A stretch of 64,000 nucleotides of DNA from Paramecium tetraurelia. Lineage: Eukaryota. Positions within the stretch are counted from its first letter, which is position 1. Every line of letters starts with the position of its first letter. This document shows positions 53,207 through 64,000 of this stretch, piece by piece. The position numbers and the translations under genes are program-made. Location: positions 66,981 through 130,980 of the forward strand of contig CT868676.1 of NCBI GenBank assembly GCA_000165425.1. Reading direction: 5' to 3'. The notes below the pieces were generated by a model. It searched no databases, was not told the origin of the DNA, and was given only the letters and a program-made list of their open reading frames with translations.

Positions 53207-55718
53207 TCATTAATTACTATCTTTATTAATGGATTAAATTCTTTAATAATTATTTATTTATTAATCTACATTGTAATGTGGAAAATAGTCATCAAATTGA
53301 CTAATTTTTTCAAATGATTGCATAAAATTACCTTCAATTGAAGTTCTTCTTTTTTTCTGATTTTCAACATTAGAGTAATTACTCATCATAGTTTAGTTTT
53401 TCCTTGAATTCCTTTATGACTACTTCTATTGAATGTCTGTCTGATACTTCTAAAATTGTGTTTGCTTCTCCACTCTACTTTTTTTTATTTTAATCTTATT
53501 GTGAAATAGACTATCCTACACCTTCTATAAAGGATTGCATTAAAAGGATGACCCTTGCTATTCTTCCTACTGGCCATATTTTTAGAACTTAGATTGCCCT
53601 ACTTCTTTGAATTCATTCTAAATTATTTTTTTACTGCTATTGCTACTGCTGAATCCTTGAGCTGAGAAGAAGTTTTCTGAATCCATTTTTTTAGAATACA
53701 AAGTCTATCCACTGTGAGAATAACTGACATAAGGAACAGAACTCAATTCTAATTGGTTGATTGGGTTAGAACTCAAAGAAGAGTTGGAGGAGGGGAGAAT
53801 CTTATTAAAGGATGCCACTTTATCCTTCTCCTCAGATTCGAAGGACTCTGAATCTTCTTAATTATTTTCCTATTTTATTATGATTTTTCTTTTTCTACGA
53901 ACTTCCTAATTAAATATTAATGATTATTACTCTTCTAAAATCAGATACTCTACTCTATTGATTGTTCAATTTATAACCATTAATTATCAAATATTTATTG
54001 GGTTTGTAATTTACAAATGGACATTAGGTTATTTCATGCGCTTAGTGACACCCAAAACAAGAAATACTAGTTAGATAAGGATCATTATGAAGTAAAATGG
54101 TGTCGATGAGCATTCTATACTTTTAGAATTCTCTTGGACACTGTTTTATTAATTAATGGAATTAATGAGAATTCAAGCAAGCCACTTTTGAGTATCCTAA
54201 GCTCTCAAATTAAATCCCTTACATCTGATTTTTAAAGAAGGCTCCATTATTAAAGATTTGAAATGGATTTTTAATTTTAGTTATTTTAAACTCTTATAAG
54301 GATGAATCCCCTTTTTAAAATAATTAAATGACTCCTTGTAAGTGAATATATAAAGCTGGTTTTTGTAAAATAATTTCGTTTGGCCTCAATATTTGTTCAT
54401 GTATGAGATCACAAATATTGAGGAGTGTCTAAGTTGAGAATGATGAATTCAAGATGGGGATGCTGGACAAAATCTTAAAATACTTTTCTCTCTTCATTTT
54501 CTTTTACAAAAAGTTCGGCATCAAATTGATGTCAAAGATTTATCTTTGTTTTTGATGACTGTATTCATATATCAACTTTTATGTATTTGGCTCGTAATTG
54601 AATTATTAATCAAGATTAAGGGACTGGTAATTGAGTATTTGCTTGAACTTATAAAAGTAAAATATTATCAATAGTATTTTAATCAAGTAGATTACAAAGT
54701 AATATTGGGCAATTATTTGTGGAGTAACAAATATTAAGGTGAATATGTTTTGGATGTAAACGATGTAGTCCTATTCACTCAGAGAGAACATGAATATGAT
54801 GGTTTAGGCAAGACAGGTGGAAAAATGTAATTAAATGGTCACTTGAATTACAAAGATGTAATCTTATTGATTGGAGTAAAAGTTTAAATTCTAAATACAA
54901 TTATTAATTCTCTTAATTCTGATCAAATATAATAAATACATTAACTTCTGAGATTGCAAATTGTGAATCTAATACGAAATAAATGATATAAGTCCTAAAT
55001 TATCAATAATGATATTCATAATGTCTCCCTTGTAGTATATTATTTATTATGTTAACTCAATTATTTAAGTAATCAGCATGATGTATTAGAATATAGCCAA
55101 ATTCGATATTTCCAAATGATTGCACCCAATCTCGATTAGTAATATGGTGAGATAAAATAACAGAAAAATGATGTAAACACATAGGATGAAAAGTTTCGGG
55201 GTCCATTCATGATGAAAGACTTTTTCTAATTTATCTTTTAATGGGACAAAGTATTGGGCTGACAAATCATTAATCAACTTAAATTGCTTTTTTGTAATAA
55301 TTATATTCTATATAAGTGTGGCTTTTTCTTTGTAAAGTAAGGAAAAGGAGGAATGGGAACTTCTATTCTTATTAAAGACAGACTTTTTAAATAATTGATC
55401 TGAATCGTTTCTTTTTTTAATCATGCTTAATTATTGGGAATCTTCCTTGTTACTGGGTTCCTCATTAATGAGAAGCAAATCTTATTGATTATGAGGTGAT
55501 GCTCTATCTGATGCTATCTATACACTCACTTGTGTTAACGTGGGTGATTTTGGATGAGTATTTTTCGCTTGTTGAGTTTCAGATTGTTTTTTATTTCGAC
55601 TCTCTTCAGAAGGCTTGCGCACTCTCATTTATTGCTAATTCATAGTTGACATGAGCTGAATAATAGGTTTGCATAGAGAATCCTCGTTTGGAGGACTTGT
55701 TGTAGAATTTTAAATCAT
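53207..55718 (-). CDS. Cyclic-nucleotide-binding-domain ion channel-like protein with degenerate pore
   Basis: Several TM helices with S4-like YLIRIKRI, C-linker and CNBD (ILSSIPILNSSFSTQTLLNICDLIHEQILRPNEII...LYIHLQGVI), a CFGCHQAHEITQCP knuckle and C-terminal FDDYFPHYN. No GYG filter. Confidence 0.8.
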
Positions 55719-55734
55719 TATTTATTATATTAAA

Positions 55735-57853
55735 TCATGCTTATTTAAGATTTGCCATCTCTGGTTGTTCAAGAAATTCCTTTAAAGTTTCAGGACACCT
55801 GGAAGCACTTAAACCTCCATTTTATTTATTTAAATCCTCATCAAAAATAAAACATAAAAGCACAGTGTCACATGCCATACCATAAATTGACATGAAAAGC
55901 ACAGCCAATGCATACGCTATGATGAAAACAACCTAAGCAAGTTAATAAATAATATTACAATGCAAGGGAAAACTGGCGAGAATATCTTTTCTTTAAAGTA
56001 ATCCATAGTTGTAATTACATAATAAAAGATCATTAAAGTGACAATTGAGATGCAAAATTTACCAACAAAAATGAATGCCCCTCCAATACCATTAACTAAA
56101 GAAAATCTCATACTATTTGCCCATATAGTTTCAAAGGCAGCCTTAGCAGCAGAACAAAAGTTTTTGCCAGTTAGTGCAATCATAATGTAAGCATTATTAT
56201 TCAAAAATCTAATGAACCTTTCAAAACATGCCATACAGCAACTCAAACATCTTAATAAACATTTGACTGCTTTATTTTCAGAGCCAGCCACTTTCTCAGT
56301 TTGATATCTAATATATTCCAACATGATTCTGATGAGTTATACAATAGCCAAGATCAAAGAACCAAATGCTAAGGAACCTGCATGATATCTGAAAGCTCTA
56401 TAAAGAGATTATGAAATGGCTCTTTCATCACCTCCAGCACCTTGTTGTGCAAAGTACCAAAAACAACAAGTAGAGGCTATCACAAAATTATTAATGGCCT
56501 AAATGAATGCATTTATCCATAATCCACCAAATATGAAATACCAAATATATTAGACTTGTAATTCAGTATGTGTGACTTCAGCAAATGGACTGCTGCCTGT
56601 TCCTTTGATATCACCCACTGCATATACGTATGCAGCAGTGTAGACCCACCAAAACCAGAGGCCTGCCAAGAGCTATGAGCTAGTAACTTAAGGAACAAAA
56701 ATCAATAAGAAATGATCCTTCACGCACATGGCTGCAGTCTTGATAACAGCTATAGCCAGTCTTATCTTGTTGAAAATGCAGATCAATCCCATAACAGCAA
56801 AAGCACAGATACCATACATAGCATATGTTAAATATTGGAATGTTAATTAATTATCTGAGGCCTTATTGGTCTATTCAACTGTGTACTTACCAGTTGTGTC
56901 ATTCATGATACCTTAGTAATAGAGATCTTGTTGATGACACCAATAGGTTCCAAATCCCAATCCTACCAAAAAGAGAAATATGGATGTCCAAACCAATACT
57001 CCAGCCAGCAATCTCGTGAAGAACAAATATATGATTCTATTCTATAGTTTAACATGTATACCCCATCAAGAATGCCACTGCAAATGAACAGTAAATAGCC
57101 TCCTTTGTTTATGTCAAATCCTCTATGTAACCAGTAAGGACATCCATGGCAAATTAAGATCCATAATCCTAGTAATTGTCGAAAATGGCCAACAAGGCGT
57201 CTGGATAACAAACACGATCAAACACTTGAAATTTATAATTATATTTTACGGATTGATGAATTGAAGATACACAAGAAGTCTTTGAAGATGGCAGTGCCAT
57301 TGGATGATACATAACTCTTCAGGGCAGTAGCAGCATCGCATTTCTAATTGCAATTCTTAACCAATGAGTTTGGTTGACAATCCAGAGAAGTTGGTTTGCT
57401 AGTTTCATCTGCGTACAAAGGACAATCTTTCACACACACTGTTCTATTGAAGTAATCTCCAAAAGGTATTGCGAAATACAAGTAAGGGTAATCCACATTT
57501 GTGTCAAATCCACAGGCAACACCTTTCATTAAATATTTCACATTCGTTACCATTTGGATCATACATTGCAAGAAGTCTTTTTGGTTCTCCTTTTGAATAA
57601 GCTTCTTTAGAGATGAATCTACTTTCAATATATCATATCACATCAAAATAGCCATCCCAGCTATAAAAAGTAGTAAACAAAGTATATCAGTACAGCCTCT
57701 ATCTGCCAAAGGTCCAGCAATAAGTCTAGGATCTATTTATTTCTAATTCTCTTATTGATCTGGTATTGTTGTGAAAGCCTTCTATGAAATCTCTGGGCTT
57801 GAAGTAACCACCTGAACTTAATTGGCAGGCTAAACTTTATTATTTTTTCTCAT
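55735..57853 (-). CDS. Choline transporter-like protein (SLC44/CTL family)
   Basis: DRGCTDILCLLLF, YPYLYF...TVCVKDCP, FRYHAGSLAFGSLILAIVQ, CMACFERFIRFLNNNAYIMIALTGKNFCSAAK, IYGMACDTVLLCFIFD. Confidence 0.95.
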
Positions 57854-58098
57854 TTATTAATAAAAATTTCAAAGTAAATAATATTAATTTTCAACTCTAT
57901 TAAAATCACTATTAAGCAACATCCAATCCTTTTTATTCTAATTAGTTTTAAACAATTCTTAAGAGTAGAATTATTTCTTTCTTCTGAATTTATTAGATTC
58001 TAAGAGCAAATAACATGTACAAGATCTTAAATTATATAATTCATACGAATTAACATTGATTAGTAAATAATCTAATAATTAAAGTATATTAAATTTAG

Positions 58099-59358
58099 AT
58101 GCTAAGTAATAATTTTTAAGTGTATTAAAAACCAAAAAATGAATTTGATGGATGTTATGAAGATTAAGTAAAATAAAGAAAGCAGAGACTTTGGGCTGGG
58201 AAGCCTGTGCCTTAATAATAAGATAATTCGGATGATGACATATTTGATTTAGCTAAAAAGTAAGAGAAGGTCGAGATTAAAGAGGCTGAGTCAGAGGTTT
58301 AAAGGAATCCTGAAGAAATTGTTTAAACATTTCAAAAAGTTGAAAATGACAATTATTAAATAGAAGTTGTTGATGAAGAAGCAGCTATGATGAGAAGAAG
58401 AAGAGTAATTTAATCAAGATTAGCAGAAGAATAATAATTGTTGTAATAAGAGTAATAATAAAATCAAGAATAGAAGAAGGAGAAAAAGCAAAAGGAGAGA
58501 AAAAAAGAGAAAAAGCACAAGAAGAAAAAGGATGACATCATTTACAAGAATGATTAAGATGATCAATAGGAAGAAGAAGACTTTTAAGAATAATAAAAGG
58601 AGGTTGAATTGCTGAAGCCAGTATTCGTTTCCAGAGTGTAAAGAGACTAATTAGACAAGATAGAGGAGGAGGAGATTAGATTAAAGGAGGAAAAAGCTAA
58701 GAACCTTGAGAGAATGAGATTAGAAAACAAAATTTTAATTTTAAACTCTGTCAAAGCTGATGCTGCAAAGGCAGTCAATGAGGAGAGTGATGATGGAAAA
58801 TAAAAATTAAATGATGAGGATACTTTGGATGAAACTGAATATGCATTATGGAAAATACGAGAACTAAAACGAATCAAGTAATTTAATGATGAGAAAAATA
58901 AATATGAGATAGAGAAGGCTGAAATAGATAGAAGAAGAAACTTAACAGATATGCAGAGAATTCAAGAAGATTTCAAATTAGGTTCTGACAAAACCAAAAT
59001 GGAGGATAAAACAAAGTATGTTTTCATGTAGAAATATTATAATACAGGAGCTTTTTATAAGGACATGGATGATCCCATATTCCAGAGAGATTACAATTTA
59101 CCTGTGGGCGAAGATTTATGGGTATAATGATATTTCTATTATTTCTAGAGAAAGGATAATCTACCATAGATCTTACAGAAGAGAAGAGGAGAATTTGGAA
59201 AGAAAGGAAACTCTAAATACACACATTTGACTCAAGAAGATACAACCAATTTTGATCCAACATATTAGGTTGATTAGAGTATCAGACAAAAATTCTTGAA
59301 TTAATAAGCTGGATCAAAATCTTCACATAATTTCTTCAATTAGTTTAAAAAAAGTTGA
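58099..59358 (+). CDS. MFAP1: Spliceosomal B-complex protein MFAP1/Spp381-like
   Basis: RLWAGKP, EYALWKIRELKRIK, YVFMQKYYNTGAFY, LPQILQ...FGKKGNSKYTHLTQEDTT. Confidence 0.93.
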
Positions 59359-59427
59359 TTATTTAATATATTTAATATTTGAGAAGTATGATGCACAATT
59401 ATAAAATTAAGAAAAAAAAAATTATCT

Positions 59428-61741
59428 TCATTTGATTTTCTGATTATTAATTGCTTTGCTTTTTAATAACTACTGAATGGTTTCTAATTTTAATGGAAAA
59501 GCTATATTACTTATATAAATAATTACATGGCTATGGATATTGTTGTTCAGTGTTCGTTCTTGGTCTATTTTGTGGTGTTTTGTTTTGATGCAATTGCTAC
59601 TATCGCTACTTTTAGGCATTGAGATAGGATGAATCAGGAGATCTATTATTAACTCTATAACTAATGGGAGTGTAAGAGTTCTATTATTCAGTCATTACTT
59701 ATCTCTCAGTTCTGCAGGCATCTGAAAGTAAGGACTTCAATTATGTGTTGTTATTATTGGTTGGGCTTTGTTGTTTAAGCATATTAGTTAGATTGCATTT
59801 GATAGTGTTGTTCTTGTATGGCTATAATTGAAAAGTCATGACACTGTTGATGATGTCTGAGGTAGCATCAGTATTTAGATTACTGGTGTTGCAAGGGTTA
59901 GATTGTTTTTTTAAATAGACACTGAAATCAAAATCAGCTTAGTTCTACTATTTTGCTGGGTTTCTCTAATTGGTGGGAGAGGAGTCGGAACCTCTTTTTT
60001 TATTAATCATTTATTCTAAGAGATTGGTCTGAATTTTGACTGTATCACTAATAAGATTTTTGACTGATTATTGTTGTGACTATTTGGGAGGGGATCTAGA
60101 ATTAAGAAAGGACTTAATGAAATTGCCAGTGAGTTTTGGAGATTGATCTTGTTTTTCAAATTTCGAATTTGGAAGTTCTCTATTAATTTAAATTTGCAAC
60201 ATCTTGCCTTTAACTTTCGATTGCTCTTACTCTTCTATTATTTTTTCAGAGGCATTTGATTACAATGATTCTTCTCTGATAACATCTAGATTAATATTGT
60301 AATGTTTATGATAGCTTGTAATTAAATGAGAGATGTATGGTGATTGAAAAGCGATGTGTCTACATGCAATTTCAATTGATTTAAGATGGTATAGTTCACT
60401 GAGTTTGAATTCTTCAGTGTCTATTTTATCATCCTTAAGTCCATGTTGCTTAGCCTTTTCTAATTCAACAAACCTCAATTCAGTTGCAATAGTGAAATAC
60501 GAGATTGATAGATAGATGACCTTTTCCAATAGTTATCTTTTAGCCAATTCAAATATCATTTCCCCAAATGAAGTGAAATCCTCGTAAATTTAAGGAGCCA
60601 TGTGCATAATAGACCCAATATTAAAGTTCTTAATCCAATCAGCCAAGTTTTGAATACCCAACAAAGATCGATATTCTTCATTCTAAGTGACTAACTTTAA
60701 TTCTTTTCTGACTGATTTTTCATTATTTTCTGGGTTGTTTCTCCAATTGTACAGTTATCGTTTTGTTTCTCTGAGTAATTATTTCTAATCGATTCGAATA
60801 GAGGATAAGTCTTCTTGCTTAATCATATCCTTCAGAACATCTGAGGCGCTGTCAATGACAAGTCTACCAAATTCAATTTCATCTTTGAGTTGATAAGTTT
60901 AGCCCTTCTTCTTTTTATCCAGATTGTGAGATGAGTCATCTAAGAAAATAGAGATATGTGGCATACTTCTCATTGAAACTATAGATTATGAGGTTGTAGC
61001 AGTTTCTTGGGAACCATTGACCTACAGCCACTATTGATAAAAAGAATTGGCTATCTTAAATAGCTCTCTCATAGTTTGAGCTGCTTTTTGAGAATTAATC
61101 AAAGCTTACTTATGTCTATGTATAAATTCTAAATTACTTTCCTAATTGACTCAGTATTGCAGTATATTGTAAATAGGCTTTAACCAAAAAGGCCTATCTC
61201 TTGATGAGTTGGGCTTGTTTCTCCTGCACATTGGCGAGAGTTTGCAAGTCCTGCTCATCTTCTTTGATGCCAATTTCCATATTGTAGATCACTCCATCCA
61301 GGTACTTAGAACATTTATCAAGGATCCATTGACTAATAATGAGAAAGCGAAGGATACCACTAATATGCACATGCTTGGTTGTACAAGATAATAATGATTA
61401 AGTTCCTATCGATTACTCTACCACAGCTGGCTGCAAACTAAAAGTATGTAAATTGGTGATACTTCAAGCATCTGTTCGGATTGTTGCAGTAATTTCAATG
61501 CCTCCTTGTGTTTTTATTGCTTAATTTTAGCAGTGGCCTATTCATTCAGAAGATTAATTTGCTGCATGAAGGAATCTAGGATTTGGATCATTTTGAAATT
61601 ACCTTAGTTATTGAACAATTATTTTAGATTAGTCGATTGAGTGTACTCTTATAAGTCTTCATCATCTTCTTCATCGTAAGATTCCTCTTCTGGCTATTGT
61701 TCTTACTTGGAGTTATTTGAAATTGTTTGTTAATTATTCAT
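59428..61741 (-). CDS. TPR-like helical hypothetical protein, probably a ciliate-expanded family
   Basis: HKEALKLLQQSEQMLE, IIILYNQACAY, YLQYTAILSQLG|HKQAL, RSLLGIQNLADWIKNFNIGSIMHM, LEKVIYLSISYFTIATELRF. Confidence 0.8.
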
Positions 61742-61754
61742 TAATAAAATAATA

Positions 61755-62984
61755 ATGGATTAAAAGAAGGACATTATTCTCAAGAAAATTGCTGAGAATG
61801 AGGAAACCACCATATAAAAGTTGCCCCCTTAGATTAGACTGCCCATCCCTTTGAAACACAAAGTCCAATGTGGTGGAGGCACATTTGAAATTTACACTCA
61901 TTATGAGTTATAGCGTAATATTGGAAATGGAGCCTTTGGCTTTGTTTGTTCAGGGAAGGACAAATTGAACAACATAGACGTGGCCATTAAGAAGGTATCA
62001 CTCTCAATTACGTGTAGATTGCAATGGTTTTCAGAGATTTGCTGGATGCCAAAAAGGTGCTCCGAGAAATCAAACTATTGAGTATTTGTAACCTTTAAAC
62101 TTAGGGTTCTTCGATAATCCCAATATAGTTAAATTATTGGACATCATTGTTCCCGACGATTAGGACACCTACAAGGATTTGTATTTGGTGTTTCAACTCA
62201 TGCATCTGGATTTAGAGAAAGTCATCCAATCTCCTCAACCTCTGACAGACAAGAAGATCAATTGGTGCATGTATCAAATCATCAGTGGCTTATATTATAT
62301 GCATTCAGCCAACATCATCCACAGAGATCTCAAACCAAATAATATATTTATAAATGCGAATTGCCATATAAAAATTGGCGATTTGAATTTAGCAAGAAAA
62401 TAGGAAGTAGAAAACGCCTCCATTCAAACCGATTATGTTGTTCAAAGATGGTACAGAGCACCAGAGGTTTTGCTCTCTTCCAGCGAGTACACCAAAGCCA
62501 TAGACATCTGGTCTCTGGGCTGCATTTTGGGAGAGCTTTTAGGAAGAACCATTTTGTTCAAAGGCATGCATCACTAAGAACAAATTGAAAAAATCGTTGC
62601 TGTCCTAGGGAAACCCAAGTAGGAAGATTTGCCATATGAAATTGACGAATAATCTACTGAATTTCTGTAGCAATTACCAGAAAGAGAAGCCATCAAATGG
62701 GCTGACTTTTTTCCCTTCGCCTCTCCTTTAGCTCTGGATTTGCTCGAACATATGTTAGTAATTAAATTCTATTAACCTTAATTCAGGTCTACAATCCGAA
62801 TAAGAGATATACAATCTAATAGTGCATCGAGCATCCCTATTTCAAGCAACATTATATCGACCATCCACCTCAAGTTTGTCACGAATCCTTCGATTGGTCC
62901 TTCGATGATATTGAACTTAAGGAGCAAGCCTTGCGAAAAGCTTTGTATTAAGAAGCACTTGAGTTCTTAAAGCCAAAAAAATGA
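61755..62984 (+). CDS. ERK-like MAP kinase with TDY activation motif and atypical DLN in place of DFG
   Basis: [56 protein letters not shown]; three introns. Confidence 0.95.
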
Positions 62985-63010
62985 TAGTAATATTGATTTT
63001 TATACTTAAA

Positions 63011-63695
63011 TCAAGTAAAAAATTTTCTCTACAAATGCAATTAAGGAAAGGCTTGCATCATGTTAATTTTTTTAGGCGAAACTTTTTGTTCCTTTATAAA
63101 GAAGTTATTCGCAAATGTGAATGCACACTCATCTCGAGTACTTGGTGAACTTTGCTTAGATTCAATTTGAGGCAGCATAGAACGTTTGTAATTTTGAGAG
63201 ATTGATTGTTTATCTAAAAAGTATCCGTAATCATCTGCAGTATTCTATTTCTCATGAGTCTGCAATAAACTACGTGAATTTCTTTGAGATAAAATCAGCT
63301 CAGGTATCTCTTTTCTTTGTCTCATCCTCGTATCAATTATTTTCTGTTTCTAATTTATTGTTAATCGAAGTCTTTCATTCTCAGAGATTATCCTCTTGAT
63401 CTATTCAATCGGATCTACTTTTTTAATAGTAACTAATTATTTTTGTGAACTGCTGTTGAAGAAGTTGAATCGATTTTTTGTTTCATCTTCACACGGCGAT
63501 ATCAAACCTTATAAGAGATTATTTTCTCGAGATTCCCTAACATTTGTTGATGGTGTAACTAGGGCATCTGTCAATATTCTGTCTAAAATAAGCAAAAATC
63601 ATCATACCAGGCAATTGATGAGTCTTTTTTAATTTAAGTCCAGCCTTTTTTTTTAATATTATTTTTTAGCCTTGATCCTTGTTTTTTAGGTCCAT
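63011..63695 (-). CDS. Hypothetical protein
   Basis: MDLKNKDQGQKIILKKKAGLKLKKTHQLP|DRILTDALVTP...IEQIKRIISENERLRLTINQKQKII...CAFTFANNFF; one intron. Confidence 0.75.
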
Positions 63696-64000
63696 ATCTG
63701 ATCTAAGAAGTATAATTTTATATTAAAATTAATTATGCTATTCACTGATAATTTTGATACTACAAAAAACAATCTAAAATAATAAGATCTTCATATCAAA
63801 CTTTTTATGTCAATATTACTATATTATATCAATTGTTGAATTTACTTATTGAAAAATTAAATTCTTTTATGAAATCAAAAGAATAATTCCCTTTTAAATT
63901 AATCTAACCTTAAAAATTAAAAAGTTATATAATATCTATAAATAGAATCAGAAATTGATATTATCTTTGAGGATCTTTTACATACATATCATAAATAGTT

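Overview
This is AT-rich, gene-dense ciliate macronuclear DNA, very probably Paramecium. TAA/TAG read as Gln and TGA is the only stop. Genes are split by tiny 20-31 nt GT-AG introns and many intergenic gaps are only 13-40 nt. The supplied ORF track treats TAA/TAG as stops, so it shows only exon fragments and antisense shadows. Manual retranslation with the ciliate code gives about 37 protein genes. Recognisable ones include GCP3, TBCB, a katanin p80-like protein, RSP3, MYCBP, NEK, MAPKKK and MAPK kinases, LST8, APC4, poly(A) polymerase, NOL9/Grc3, CDP-DAG synthase, SLC44/CTL, ERGIC, p24, MFAP1, two 3-repeat Mybs, a TALE homeodomain protein, a bromodomain+ET protein and a YeeE/YedE transporter. 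I found no tRNA, rRNA, CRISPR array, transposon or telomeric repeat. The most unusual observations are: an ancient tandem pair of unknown 4-TM proteins with shared intron positions; a PPPDE peptidase-thioredoxin fusion; a CNBD channel with no K+ selectivity filter; a candidate 198-nt structured intron; divergent start codons only 13 nt apart; a MAPK with DLN instead of DFG; and two single-base frame anomalies. None of these is proven to be a new system. Family assignments come from recalled motifs, not database searches, and coordinates and exon structures were derived by hand.
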